Assembly (NCBI GenBank): GCA_934096605.1
Contig: CAKOMI010000001.1
Location: 11,776-75,775, forward strand
Direction of reading: 5' to 3'
From: an uncultured Bacilli bacterium
GTDB taxonomy: Bacteria; Bacillota_I; Bacilli_A; RF39; UBA660
DNA length: 64,000 nt
Shown here: piece after piece, positions 1-10,074 of the stretch
Layout of the letters: each line of letters opens with the position of its first letter
Position numbering within the stretch: position 1 is the stretch's first letter
Made by a program: the position numbers and the translations under genes
Notes under the pieces: generated by a model
The model's input: only the letters and a program-made list of their open reading frames with translations
What the model was told of the DNA's origin: nothing
Databases searched by the model: none

Positions 1-1011
1 ACAATTCATAGGTATCTAAAATGGAATAAAGACACTAATGATTTTGCTATTAATGAGAATAATAAAAATAGACATAAACTTATTATTGTTGATGAAACTA
101 GTATGATTGATGAATATTTATTTGTGTCGTTACTTAAAGGAATCGAAGAAAAGGCTCAGATTGTTTTTGTAGGGGATACATTTCAATTACCAAGTGTAGG
201 GGCAGGGTTAGTTTTAAATGATTTAGTTAGTTCTAAGTTATTTCCATTTACTTCTTTAGAAACTATTTATAGACAAAGTGATAATTCTTATATACCAATA
301 CTTGCTAAGGAAATAAAAGAACATGAAATAGGGGCAGATTTTGATTTAAAGAAAGATGATTATAATTTTATTCCTTGTGAATCAAGAAATTTAAAAGAAA
401 TGTTAAAACAGATTATTCATAAGAGTATTGATAAGGGACTTAAAGCTGATGATGTGCAAATACTTGCCCCAATGTATAAAGGGGAAAATGGGATAGATAA
501 TTTAAATGTTTTATTACAAGATATATTTAATCCTCATGATGAAGAAAAAAAAGAATTTGTTTATTATGATGTTATATATAGAGAAAATGATAAAGTATTA
601 CAGTTAGTTAATAATCCGGATTGTAATGTTTATAATGGCGATATTGGGTATATTGAAAGTATAGAAGAAAAGAATTTTCCTAAGAAGCATTTAGAAATGA
701 CTATTAATTTTGATGGTAATAGAGTTATCTATGGTAAAGAAGATTTAGTTAGTATTAAACATGCTTATGCAATTACAATACATAAAAGTCAGGGTAGTGA
801 GTTTTTACATGTAATATTACCAATAAGTAAAAATTATTATAAAATGCTTTATAATAAACTTATATATACTGGTGTTTCGAGAGCTAAAAAGTCACTCATT
901 ATAATAGGTGAAGAACAAGCTTTTAGAATGGCTATTTTAAATGATTATTCAACTAATAGAAAAACTTCTTTAAAAGAAAGTCTTATGTATACTTTTACTA
1001 AAAAAAGATAA
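1..1011 (+). CDS. recD2: RecD2-like ATP-dependent DNA helicase, C-terminal part (5' partial)
   Basis: The frame is open from base 1. Helicase motif II (KLIIVDETSMID) and the following RecD/UvrD-like C-terminal domain are present. It ends KKR-TAA. Confidence 0.75.
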   Translation, partial: TIHRYLKWNKDTNDFAINENNKNRHKLIIVDETSMIDEYLFVSLLKGIEEKAQIVFVGDTFQLPSVGAGLVLNDLVSSKLFPFTSLETIYRQSDNSYIPILAKEIKEHEIGADFDLKKDDYNFIPCESRNLKEMLKQIIHKSIDKGLKADDVQILAPMYKGENGIDNLNVLLQDIFNPHDEEKKEFVYYDVIYRENDKVLQLVNNPDCNVYNGDIGYIESIEEKNFPKKHLEMTINFDGNRVIYGKEDLVSIKHAYAITIHKSQGSEFLHVILPISKNYYKMLYNKLIYTGVSRAKKSLIIIGEEQAFRMAILNDYSTNRKTSLKESLMYTFTKKR

Positions 1012-1031
1012 ACTAAACATGAGGTGATAAA

Positions 1032-1199
1032 ATGAAAAACATGATGATTGGAGCTTGTGTTGGCGTGTCTTGTGGCATGGGTGTTATGGCTTATTGCTTA
1101 ACAAATCCTAAAACTAAACAAACTGCTGATAAGATGCTTAATAAAGCCATGGATGGTGCAAGTGACATGATGGATAACATGAAAAGAAAGATGAAATAA
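1032..1199 (+). CDS. small glycine-zipper membrane protein (55 aa), hypothetical
   Basis: An ATG lies 6 nt after a GAGGTG RBS. The product has one hydrophobic segment, GACVGVSCGMGVMAY. It is below the ORF-track length cutoff. Confidence 0.4.
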   Translation: MKNMMIGACVGVSCGMGVMAYCLTNPKTKQTADKMLNKAMDGASDMMDNMKRKMK

Positions 1200-1340
1200 G
1201 CTTTCTTTTTTACATAAAAGATAAATTTAAGTCAATACAAAAAAGTTCTAAATTACATAAGTTTTTGTACTAGACTACAAAAACTTTACTTTTACGTTAA
1301 TATCAATTATAATATATAAGAACTAGTAGGAGGCGATTAT

Positions 1341-2546
1341 GTGATAGCTAGAGATGAATATTTGAATGTGTTAAAAAGATTCAAAGATAAGCAATTAATA
1401 AAAGTTGTTACTGGAATAAGAAGATGCGGTAAATCTACTTTACTTGAAATGTTTCAAGAATATTTAAAAGAAAATGGTGTAGAAGAAAGCCAAATAATAA
1501 GTATTAATTTAGAAGATTTAGAGTATAATTTTGTTGTTGACTATATGACATTATATAAATATATAAATGAGCAATTAAAGAATAATAAAAAATATTATAT
1601 ATTTATAGATGAGGTGCAAAAAGTGGATATGTTTCAAAAAGCAGTTGATAGTTTATATATAAAGAAAAATGTTGATTTGTATATAACTGGTTCGAATGCG
1701 AATCTTTTATCAAGTGAGCTTGCAACACTTTTATCGGGTAGATATATAGAAATAAAAATGTTACCATTATCTTTTAAAGAATATAAAGAAGCTTATAAGG
1801 AACTAAATAATGATGATTTATATCAAAAATATATTTCTGTGGGATCGTTACCTTACACTACTGCATTAGATACTGAAGATGATGTAAGTATGTATTTAGG
1901 CAGTATATATAATGACATAATAATAAAAGATGTTATGTCAAGAAAAAAGATACAAGATGAAACATTACTTAGAAATGTTGCCAATTTTGCTATGGATAAT
2001 ATTGGTAATCTTTTATCAACAAATAATATAGCAAATACGATGGTGAGTGATGGTAAAGATATAAATGTAAGAACAGTTGAAAGATACTTAGAAGGATTTG
2101 TAGAAAGTTTCTTTTTGTATAAGGCTTCAAGGTATGATATAAAAGGAAAAGAATATTTAAAGACACAAGGGAAATATTATGTTTCAGATTTAGGCTTTAG
2201 ATATTTTATGCTTGGGAGAAAAATTGGGGATTTTGGTCATATACTAGAAAATGTTGTATATTTTGAACTTTTAAGAAGAAATTTTGAGGTATATATAGGA
2301 AAAATTGATGAATACGAGGTAGACTTTGTTGCTATAAATAAAAATGGAAAAATGTATGTTCAAGTAGCTGAAACTTTAAAAGGAACAGATACAAACGATA
2401 CAAGAATATTAGATCGAGAATTACGACCATTAAAGAAAATAAGTGATAATTATGAAAAAATAATATTAACTTTAGATAAGATACCTGTTTCTAATGAAGA
2501 TGGCATAAAAATTAGGAATGTCTTAGAGTGGTTACTTGATAAATAA
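1341..2546 (+). CDS. AAA+ ATPase of the DUF4143 family
   Basis: A Walker A motif GIRRCGKST sits in the N-terminal P-loop domain. The long C-terminal domain is typical of DUF4143 ATPases. Confidence 0.7.
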   Translation: MIARDEYLNVLKRFKDKQLIKVVTGIRRCGKSTLLEMFQEYLKENGVEESQIISINLEDLEYNFVVDYMTLYKYINEQLKNNKKYYIFIDEVQKVDMFQKAVDSLYIKKNVDLYITGSNANLLSSELATLLSGRYIEIKMLPLSFKEYKEAYKELNNDDLYQKYISVGSLPYTTALDTEDDVSMYLGSIYNDIIIKDVMSRKKIQDETLLRNVANFAMDNIGNLLSTNNIANTMVSDGKDINVRTVERYLEGFVESFFLYKASRYDIKGKEYLKTQGKYYVSDLGFRYFMLGRKIGDFGHILENVVYFELLRRNFEVYIGKIDEYEVDFVAINKNGKMYVQVAETLKGTDTNDTRILDRELRPLKKISDNYEKIILTLDKIPVSNEDGIKIRNVLEWLLDK

Positions 2547-2680
2547 TTTATAAGAAAATACGCTGTTTGTGTAGATATAAAATAATACAATTACTATTCT
2601 TCTTTTATAGAGAAAGATTGATTAGTCTTTCTTTTTTCGTAGTTTCATGGTACTATTTTATAGTAGGAAAGAGGCTAAAT

Positions 2681-5600
2681 ATGAATAGGAAAAGGACATT
2701 GTTGATAGTAATAGTATTTTTATTGGCTGTTAGTGTAATAGGTGCTTCATATGCCTATTTTGCAGCGACCACAAGTAATAAAGGTAATGATGAAATAACA
2801 GAAATAACTACGGAAGAATTAGGAAGTATTAAGTGGGAAGGTACTAAGGTTTATGAAAGTGGTGATTCCTTACCTGGTGAAATAGGAATTCAGACTTTTA
2901 AAGTATCTAAAAATAGTGATAATGGAAAAGGCATTTATGAAATAGACTTAGAAGGAATTATTGATGAAGCATTTAATGAAGACGTTTTGATAAGTTTATA
3001 TAAGACTACTGAACCTGATAAAAATTATGTTAAAGTAACAGAAGGTGAAAGTACAATTACAGGTGATGATGATACCAAAATGTATTATAAAGAGGATAAG
3101 TTACAAGCAGTAGGAACACCAGAGTTAGTCTATGGACCAAGAGCTTTAGAAACAAAAGATCCAATCATTTTGTATCAAGCTGACTTTGATAATACTAATT
3201 TTCCCGAAACAACATTTTATTTAGTATATGAGTATTTAAATAAAGATAATCAAGATGCAGAGCAAGGTAAAAGTTTTAGTGGTACTATAAATGTAAGATT
3301 AATACTTGAAAAAATAATAGGCGAAGAAAGTGATATCGATATTACATATACCTCTAATAGAAATGATTATGTAAATACAGATGAAACACTTACTATAACA
3401 GCTACAAGTGAAAAATATAATATAGCACGTTATAGTTTTGATAATATTATCTATACACCAGTAGATAATCCAAGTAAAACAGTAACAATAACTAAAACAT
3501 ATACTGAAGAAAAAGATAATATCATTTATTTTAAAGATGACGTTGGTAATACTAAAAGTAAAACACTAGATTTATTCTTAGATAAAACTGGACCTAGTAT
3601 TACTGCTAAAACAACTTTGGAATGGGATAAAACTAATACGATAAGTATTACTTTAGAAGATGAGAAATCTGGGTTAGCTGGATATGCTTTAACAGAGACT
3701 GAAACAGACCCTAGCGAATGGACAAGCATTACTGGAAAAAGTACAACTATAGCAAAAGACGTTACAAGTAATAAAAAATATTATGTATATGCTAAAGATG
3801 TTTTAGGTAATATTAGTCATAAAGACGTTGAGGTAAGTCATGTTGATGAAACTGCACCAGTAATTAATGAGATAAATGAGCAGGAAAATTATGGTGCCAC
3901 TAGTGTGATTTCTGTTAGTGTTAAAGATAATGAAACTGGTATAGTAGGTTATGCCTTTACAACTACAAATGAAGAACCGACTGAGTGGACAAGTGTTGAT
4001 AATGTTATAACTGAAGAAAAATATACGTATGAAGCTTCTAGTAATGGAACAATTTATTTTTGGGTTAAGGATAGAGTTGGTAATATTACTAGTAAACCAA
4101 TAAATGTTACAAAGGTTGATACAACAGCTCCAACTATTACATTGAGTTTAAGTGATGAATTAACTTGGACCTCTTCTAAAACATTAACAATGAATTTTAG
4201 CGATGATGAATCGGGACTTTTGGGATATAAAGTGACTCGTGATGATTCTGAGCCAACTGAATGGTTGAGTATAACTGGTTTTAAGATAACTAAGACTGAA
4301 ACAATTATCGGAAATGGCTTATATTATATATGGGTAAAAGATAAGGCGGGATTAGTTACTTGTGTAACTAAATTTGTGTCATACGCTGATTCAGAAAAGC
4401 CAGTTGCTAGTATGAAATTAACGTCAACTAGTGACTCTATAACTATTGATGCTAGTTCTTCTATTGATACTGAAAGTGGAATAGTGTCATATGAATATAG
4501 TTTAGATGACATTCATTATTATTATTCTATGAATCCAATATACACTTTTACAGATTTAGCAATAGGTGAATATACAGTTTATTTGAAAGTTCGTGATAAA
4601 ACTGGTAATGAAGGTTTTAGTAAAATGAATGTTGGTGTTTATCAAACATTTACAAATGAGCTTAAAACTCTTGCAAGTACAGATACAACAAATTTAATGG
4701 CTGATGATTATGAAAATTTAAGATATGTTGGTGATAACCCTAGCAATTACGTAAAAATAGGGGATAGTACGCTTGGTTTTGATTTGTATGAATTTTATTA
4801 TAATGGTGAAAAACAAGGAAATGAATTAATGTATTCGGAGGAATGTAACCAATTACTTAGTGGGTACATGGACATGATGGATTATAATGCTACATGTGAA
4901 CTAGCACATTCTTATAATGAACCAATTTTGTGGCGGGTTATTGGAGTTATAAAAGACGTAGATGATGGTAATGGTAATAAAAGTGATCGTGTTAAATTGA
5001 TTAGACAATTTCCAATTGGCAATTATTCATGGGATACTAGTTTGAGTGCCGTAAATGGTGGCTATGGTGTTAATGAATGGAGTTTAGCTGATATAATGAA
5101 ACTATTAAATCCTGGCTATGAAAATAATAAAGATAAAGAGCGATACAATACTGAAGTTACCGTTAATAATAGCTTGTTTTGGAATAAAGAAAGTGGATTA
5201 TGTTTTACCTATTCTAATAATACTGTTGGTACTAGTTCTGATGGTGGTAGTATGTGCGATTTTAAACAAAATGGGTTGTCTGATGAATTAAAAAGTATGA
5301 TTGATGCTGCTGTATGGAATACAGGTGCTATTACAAATTTGAGTAGTTTGACAAGCAGTTTTTATGAACAAGAAAGAAGCACAAGTAATGGTAAAATTTG
5401 TACTAGTGGTAACTATTGTAATGATACAATCGGAAGAACTTCTAGCTGGACTGGTAAAGTTGGTTTAATGTATCCAAGTGACTATGGCTATGCCATAGGA
5501 GGAAGTAGTAGAGATAAATGCTTAAAATCAGTTACATTAGATAAATGGAAATCAAATAATGATTGTAGTAATGGTAACTGGCTGCTTAATGTTAGTGAAG

Positions 5601-5794
5601 AAGGAGCAACCATGACACCTGGTGCCGCGTCTAATTATGCTACAAATGTTTATTCTATTAGTACTAGTGGTTATGCATATTCAGGCTATGCTTATTATAA
5701 ACACGCTATAAGTCCAGTAGTCTATTTAAAGACTAATGTTAAAGTTACTGGGGGAGATGGTTCAATAGACAATCCCTTTACTTTAGAAAATTGA
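2681..5794 (+). CDS. large secreted/surface protein, paralog A: N-terminal signal anchor, Ig-like repeats, conserved Cys-containing C-terminal domain
   Basis: An ATG with a GGAAAGAGG RBS is followed by K/R-rich residues and a hydrophobic segment. That segment ends SYAYFAA. Four to five repeats of about 95 aa carry D-x-T-A/G-P-x-I, SGL/I-x-GY and EWTS motifs. The last 380 aa or so are homologous to the C-termini of the ORFs at 27968, 29507 and 57095. The stop is TGA. Confidence 0.8.
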   Translation: MNRKRTLLIVIVFLLAVSVIGASYAYFAATTSNKGNDEITEITTEELGSIKWEGTKVYESGDSLPGEIGIQTFKVSKNSDNGKGIYEIDLEGIIDEAFNEDVLISLYKTTEPDKNYVKVTEGESTITGDDDTKMYYKEDKLQAVGTPELVYGPRALETKDPIILYQADFDNTNFPETTFYLVYEYLNKDNQDAEQGKSFSGTINVRLILEKIIGEESDIDITYTSNRNDYVNTDETLTITATSEKYNIARYSFDNIIYTPVDNPSKTVTITKTYTEEKDNIIYFKDDVGNTKSKTLDLFLDKTGPSITAKTTLEWDKTNTISITLEDEKSGLAGYALTETETDPSEWTSITGKSTTIAKDVTSNKKYYVYAKDVLGNISHKDVEVSHVDETAPVINEINEQENYGATSVISVSVKDNETGIVGYAFTTTNEEPTEWTSVDNVITEEKYTYEASSNGTIYFWVKDRVGNITSKPINVTKVDTTAPTITLSLSDELTWTSSKTLTMNFSDDESGLLGYKVTRDDSEPTEWLSITGFKITKTETIIGNGLYYIWVKDKAGLVTCVTKFVSYADSEKPVASMKLTSTSDSITIDASSSIDTESGIVSYEYSLDDIHYYYSMNPIYTFTDLAIGEYTVYLKVRDKTGNEGFSKMNVGVYQTFTNELKTLASTDTTNLMADDYENLRYVGDNPSNYVKIGDSTLGFDLYEFYYNGEKQGNELMYSEECNQLLSGYMDMMDYNATCELAHSYNEPILWRVIGVIKDVDDGNGNKSDRVKLIRQFPIGNYSWDTSLSAVNGGYGVNEWSLADIMKLLNPGYENNKDKERYNTEVTVNNSLFWNKESGLCFTYSNNTVGTSSDGGSMCDFKQNGLSDELKSMIDAAVWNTGAITNLSSLTSSFYEQERSTSNGKICTSGNYCNDTIGRTSSWTGKVGLMYPSDYGYAIGGSSRDKCLKSVTLDKWKSNNDCSNGNWLLNVSEEGATMTPGAASNYATNVYSISTSGYAYSGYAYYKHAISPVVYLKTNVKVTGGDGSIDNPFTLEN

Positions 5795-5850
5795 TATGTA
5801 ATAAGCATATCTTTTTTTGTATATTTTAAATATTTAATACCATTATATAA

Positions 5851-6300
5851 ATGGGTGATACGATGAATAAAGATGAATATCAAAAAATGGTTAAAGAATT
5901 TACACCTAAAGAAAATAAGATTAAAAAAGCTTTTATTTCTTTTTTAGTGGGTGGTTCTTTAGGTTTTGCAAGTGAGGTTGTAGTGAATATTTTAGTTAAC
6001 TCGTTTGGGATGGAAATTAGTGAAGCATATGTTTATTTATGTGTTTTATTGATCTTAATAGCTAGCTTTTTAACAGCTTTAGGTTTTTTTGATAACTTAG
6101 TTAGTAAAGTTGGGGCGGGGTTATTTTTGCCTACTACAGGTTTTGCCCATTCAATAACCTCTTCGGCATTGGATTATAAAAAAGATGGCATGATTACTGG
6201 TCTTGGATCTAGCTTTTTTAAATTAGCTGGAAGTGTTTTATTGTATGGTATTTTAGGTGGATTTTTCTTTGCGATATTAGGGGTGATCATTTATGGCTAG
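5851..6300 (+). CDS. spoVAC: stage V sporulation protein AC (SpoVAC/SpoVAEB family)
   Basis: There is strong similarity to the SpoVAC pattern (FLVGG...GAGxxxPxTGFAxxxxSxAL, a 4-TM protein of about 150 aa). An alternative start at ATG 5863 follows a GGGTGA RBS. Confidence 0.85.
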   Translation: MGDTMNKDEYQKMVKEFTPKENKIKKAFISFLVGGSLGFASEVVVNILVNSFGMEISEAYVYLCVLLILIASFLTALGFFDNLVSKVGAGLFLPTTGFAHSITSSALDYKKDGMITGLGSSFFKLAGSVLLYGILGGFFFAILGVIIYG

Positions 6301-7273
6301 TAAAAAATTAAATAATATTTTTATAAAAGATGCGTTTTCAGTAGCAGGTCCTGTTGAAAGAAAAGGTTCGATTAAGAACTATGACTTGGAGATGGATGAT
6401 TATTATTATAAAGAAAAAACTTTTGAACAAGCAGAAATTAAAATGCAAAGAGTTGTTATTGATAATGTTTTACAAAAGAATCATTTATTAAATAAGGATA
6501 TTGATGTTTTAGTAAGTGGTGATTTATCAAATCAAATAAGTGTTTCTTGTTATGCAGCAAGTCATTATAAAATACCTTTTTTTGGCGTTTATTCAGCTTG
6601 TGCATCGTTTGTAGAATCTTTAATTGTAGCTAGTGAGTTAATTGAAAATAAACGAAATGCTTATGCTATATGTGTTACTAGTTCTCATAATTTAAATGCA
6701 GAAAAGCAGTTTAGGTATCCAATAGAATATGGGGCTCCTAAACCACTTACGACAACTTTTACAGCAACGGGAGCAGTGGCAACATGCTTATCTAAAGAAA
6801 AAACAAATGTTAAAGTTGAGAGTTACACTATGGGTGAGGTCATAGATAAGGGTATTAAAGATGCTTCTTTTATGGGAGCGGTTATGGCCCCTGCAGCGGC
6901 CCATGTACTTGTTAAACACTTAGAAGAAATGAAAAGAAATGTTGATTATTATGACTTGATTTTATCAGGTGATTTGGGTTGTGTAGGAGCATCTATATTA
7001 AAGGAATATTTAAAAAGAGCTTATAATATAAAAATGAAAAAGTATTTAGATAGTGGATGTGAATTATATTTAAAAAGCCAGGAAGAAACTTTTTCAGGAG
7101 CAAGTGGACCTGTCGCTTTACCGCTTTACTTATTTAATAAAATTTTAAAAGAAAAAAAATATAGTAAGATATTAATTATTGGTACGGGTTCTTTACATAA
7201 CCCGACGATCGTTAATCAAAAGATGAGTATACCAGCGGTTGCACATGCTATTTCTTTGGAGGTGACAAAATGA
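6293..7273 (+). CDS. spoVAD: stage V sporulation protein AD (thiolase-like fold)
   Basis: SpoVAD signature blocks are present: SSHNxNAEKQFRYPxEYG, MAPAAA and DYYDLILSGDLG. It overlaps the upstream gene, consistent with operon structure. Confidence 0.9.
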   Translation: MASKKLNNIFIKDAFSVAGPVERKGSIKNYDLEMDDYYYKEKTFEQAEIKMQRVVIDNVLQKNHLLNKDIDVLVSGDLSNQISVSCYAASHYKIPFFGVYSACASFVESLIVASELIENKRNAYAICVTSSHNLNAEKQFRYPIEYGAPKPLTTTFTATGAVATCLSKEKTNVKVESYTMGEVIDKGIKDASFMGAVMAPAAAHVLVKHLEEMKRNVDYYDLILSGDLGCVGASILKEYLKRAYNIKMKKYLDSGCELYLKSQEETFSGASGPVALPLYLFNKILKEKKYSKILIIGTGSLHNPTIVNQKMSIPAVAHAISLEVTK

Positions 7274-7620
7274 TATTTTTATATGCGTTTTTAATTGCAG
7301 GGCTTTTTTGTATGAGTGCACAGATTTTGCTTGATAATACTAAGCTTACACCAGGACATATTACTAGTATTTATACTGTTTTGGGAGCTTGTTTATCATT
7401 CCTAGGAATTTATCAAAAATTAATTGATTTAGGTGGAGCTGGGGCAACAATTTTAATATCTAACTTTGGTCACTTATTATATCAAGGGGGTTATAGTGGT
7501 TTTCATGAGTTTGGTTTTATTGGCTTTTTTAGTGGACTTTTAGTAAAATCAAGTGCGGCTATTGTAGCGGCGGTGGTGTTTTCTTTCATATTTGCTTTGA
7601 TATTTAAACCTAAAAATTAG
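7270..7620 (+). CDS. spoVAEB: stage V sporulation protein AEB
   Basis: It is a 116-aa polytopic membrane protein with SpoVAE-like sequence. It overlaps spoVAD by 4 nt. Confidence 0.8.
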   Translation: MIFLYAFLIAGLFCMSAQILLDNTKLTPGHITSIYTVLGACLSFLGIYQKLIDLGGAGATILISNFGHLLYQGGYSGFHEFGFIGFFSGLLVKSSAAIVAAVVFSFIFALIFKPKN

Positions 7621-7682
7621 AGAAAAGTTCTTTTTCTTTTTCTTATCATTTGTTATAATATTGTTAGGAAAATGGTGATTAA

Positions 7683-8627
7683 ATGAAAAAGAATAAAAAG
7701 AATAAAAATGAGAAAGTTATTTTAAATCATGAAGAATTAATGCCTACAACAATTGGAGTGCTTGATGAAAAAGATAATGGTGTTTTAGGAGTTGTTTTAA
7801 TAATTGGCTTATTTCTAGCTTGTATTTTCTTATTACCATATATAACGGAATGGTATAAAGATTTTACTAGTAAGCCAGATGTAACAGTAGCACCTAATAA
7901 TAATAAAACTAATTCAACAGATAATGATGAACAAAATACAGAAGTAACATATTCTAAGATTGATAACAATTTAAATATAACAGTTGATGACTATAAATTT
8001 ACTGGCTTTACTGTAAGTAATAATAAAATATCATTTAAAGTAACACCTAATAGTAAGGATAGTAATTACTTTATAAATCATAATTACTATTTTGAACTTT
8101 TTGATGAATCTAAGAAAATGTTACAAAGAATTAAATTTTCAAATACGGCTATTACAAAAGATATGACTTATACTTATGATATAAATGCTAGTTATAGTAA
8201 GGACGTTTATTATTTAACTTTTAGAGAAATAACTGATGATATGATACCTAATGTAACTTTAAGTAATAATACTTTAATTTGTACTAAGGGTAATGATGAA
8301 ATAGCTTATACTTTTATTAATAAAGATAAACAGAATATATTAAATAAAATAAAGATTACAACTAAAGTATTAGATACGGTAAGTGATTATGAAAGTATAT
8401 TAAATAAATATACAAAATTAGTTGATAGTACTAAAAGTGTAGAAGGAATTAGTACAACTTTAACACCAACTTTAAATGGCTTTAATTATGAAGCAAATAT
8501 TAATCTAGATGAAGCAAGTACAAGTGATATTATAAGACTATTTAATGGGGACTACATTTATTCTAAAGATAGTGTAGCTAAAGTTATTTCTTTTGAACTT
8601 AGCTCTCTTAATTATAATTGCAAATAG
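7683..8627 (+). CDS. hypothetical membrane-anchored extracellular protein
   Basis: It has a basic N-terminus and one TM helix, followed by an Asn/Thr-rich region. No motif was recognised. Confidence 0.4.
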   Translation: MKKNKKNKNEKVILNHEELMPTTIGVLDEKDNGVLGVVLIIGLFLACIFLLPYITEWYKDFTSKPDVTVAPNNNKTNSTDNDEQNTEVTYSKIDNNLNITVDDYKFTGFTVSNNKISFKVTPNSKDSNYFINHNYYFELFDESKKMLQRIKFSNTAITKDMTYTYDINASYSKDVYYLTFREITDDMIPNVTLSNNTLICTKGNDEIAYTFINKDKQNILNKIKITTKVLDTVSDYESILNKYTKLVDSTKSVEGISTTLTPTLNGFNYEANINLDEASTSDIIRLFNGDYIYSKDSVAKVISFELSSLNYNCK

Positions 8628-8695
8628 ATGCTTAAAAAAGTGTCTTTTTCTTTAATATTTTAATGTTTTTTGATACAATTAGGTAGGTGATTTAG

Positions 8696-9424
8696 ATGGA
8701 TTTAGTAGTTCATTTAGAAAATTTTGATGGACCAATGGATTTGCTTTTACATTTGGTAAAAGAGACTAAGCTAGATATATATGAAATTGAAATGACTAAG
8801 ATAATAGAAAGTTATTTAGAGACAATAAGAAATTTACAAGATTTAAATATTGATATTGGTAGTGAATTTCTTTTGATGGCATCTAGTTTATTACATTTAA
8901 AGAGTAAAATGTTAATAGGAAAGACTAGTGAAAATGAAGAAGCTAGTGATGAATACGATATTACTAGTGAAGATGATTTAAAAAGAAGAATACTAGAATA
9001 TGAACAAATTAAAAATGTTACTAGTGATTTAAAAACTTTAGAAGAAAAAAGAAAAGATATTTATACTAAGTATCCTGAAAATTTAAAAGAGTATGGGGTA
9101 GAAAGTGAATTGTTTAATGAACTAGGTCTTAATGGAATTGATTTAAAGGGGGCTTTAGATAATGTTTTGAAAAGACTACATTATAAAGAACCTACAGAAA
9201 CAAAGATTACTAGTAAAGAGGTTAGTGTTAAAGATAGAACTGATTATATAAAGGATGTACTTAGTAGGAAAAGAAAAGTATGTTTTACTGATTTATTTGA
9301 ATATAGTACAAAAAAGTATATAATTGCTACGTTTTTGGCAGTTTTAGAAATGTGTAAAAGACATGAGATATTATTAGAACAAAAAAGTATTAATGATGAA
9401 ATATATGTGGAGGCGATAGAATGA
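8696..9424 (+). CDS. scpA: segregation and condensation protein A
   Basis: The N-terminus (LENFDGPMDLLLHLVKETKLDIYEIEM) is typical of ScpA. It is followed by scpB. Confidence 0.85.
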   Translation: MDLVVHLENFDGPMDLLLHLVKETKLDIYEIEMTKIIESYLETIRNLQDLNIDIGSEFLLMASSLLHLKSKMLIGKTSENEEASDEYDITSEDDLKRRILEYEQIKNVTSDLKTLEEKRKDIYTKYPENLKEYGVESELFNELGLNGIDLKGALDNVLKRLHYKEPTETKITSKEVSVKDRTDYIKDVLSRKRKVCFTDLFEYSTKKYIIATFLAVLEMCKRHEILLEQKSINDEIYVEAIE

Positions 9425-9993
9425 ATTTGTTAGGCGCTTTAGAAGGACTTTTGTTTGTAGTTGGTGATGAGGGAATAACGCTTGATAGTATATGTGATAT
9501 TTTAGAGTTAGATATGGATGAAGCTAAAAAGTTATTACTTGAATTAAAGCAAAGTTATGAAGATGAAAAAAGAGGGCTTAGAATTAGATTTTTGGGGAAT
9601 GCTTTTAAACTTACAACAAAAGAAGAACATAAACCATATTATCAAAAGTTGGTTACAGTGCATGATGATAATACCCTTAGTAATGCGGCTTTAGAGGTTT
9701 TAGCTATTGTCGCTTATAATGAACCAATTACAAGAGCCGAGATAGATGAGTTAAGAGGGGTATCTTCTGATTATACTTTAAGAAAGTTATTAGCAAAAGG
9801 ACTATTAAAAGAAGCGGGTAAAAGTACGATGCCTGGTCGGCCTAATTTGTACGCGACAACCCATGAGTTTTTAGATTACTTTGGTCTTGCAACATTAGAA
9901 GATTTGCCACCTTTAGAACAAATGGAATTTAGTGGTGATGAAACAGAATTATTTACCTCAATATATAAAGAAGAAGAATCGGTTAATGAGTAA
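9421..9993 (+). CDS. scpB: segregation and condensation protein B
   Basis: ScpB-like winged-helix sequence is present (LEGLLFVxGDEGITL, ALEVLAIVAYNEPITRAEI). It overlaps scpA by 4 nt. Confidence 0.85.
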   Translation: MNLLGALEGLLFVVGDEGITLDSICDILELDMDEAKKLLLELKQSYEDEKRGLRIRFLGNAFKLTTKEEHKPYYQKLVTVHDDNTLSNAALEVLAIVAYNEPITRAEIDELRGVSSDYTLRKLLAKGLLKEAGKSTMPGRPNLYATTHEFLDYFGLATLEDLPPLEQMEFSGDETELFTSIYKEEESVNE

Positions 9994-10042
9994 TTTAAAA
10001 AGAACTAAATATTAATAGTTCTTTAGATAGACTTTAAAGGCT

Positions 10043-10074
10043 AAAAAAAACATCCTTGAATAAAGGATTTTTTT
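10043..10074. terminator. bidirectional rho-independent terminator between scpB and rpmB
   Basis: An A-run is followed by the hairpin ATCCTT-gaata-AAGGAT and a T7 run. Confidence 0.6.

Noticed and set aside
3526-3729. Short antisense or alternate-frame ORFs inside large genes in the track. Examples are 3526-3729, 4324-4512, 11303-11569, 13580-13951, 16452-16787, 17103-17447, 20255-20581, 54207-54539 and 58708-58926.
   Set aside because: They are embedded in confidently assigned genes and have low-complexity Ser/Leu/Ile-rich compositions typical of AT-rich reverse frames. They lack an RBS and show no conservation signal.
5794-5796. Possibility that the organism uses the mollicute code (UGA = Trp), given the extreme AT-richness
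   Set aside because: TGA ends long conserved genes exactly where homologs end, for example paralog A at 5794, APH at 47095 and paralog D at 58912. The large conserved genes polC, dnaE and relA translate end to end under the standard code. The locus also carries murG and a PASTA-domain PBP, so the organism has a cell wall.
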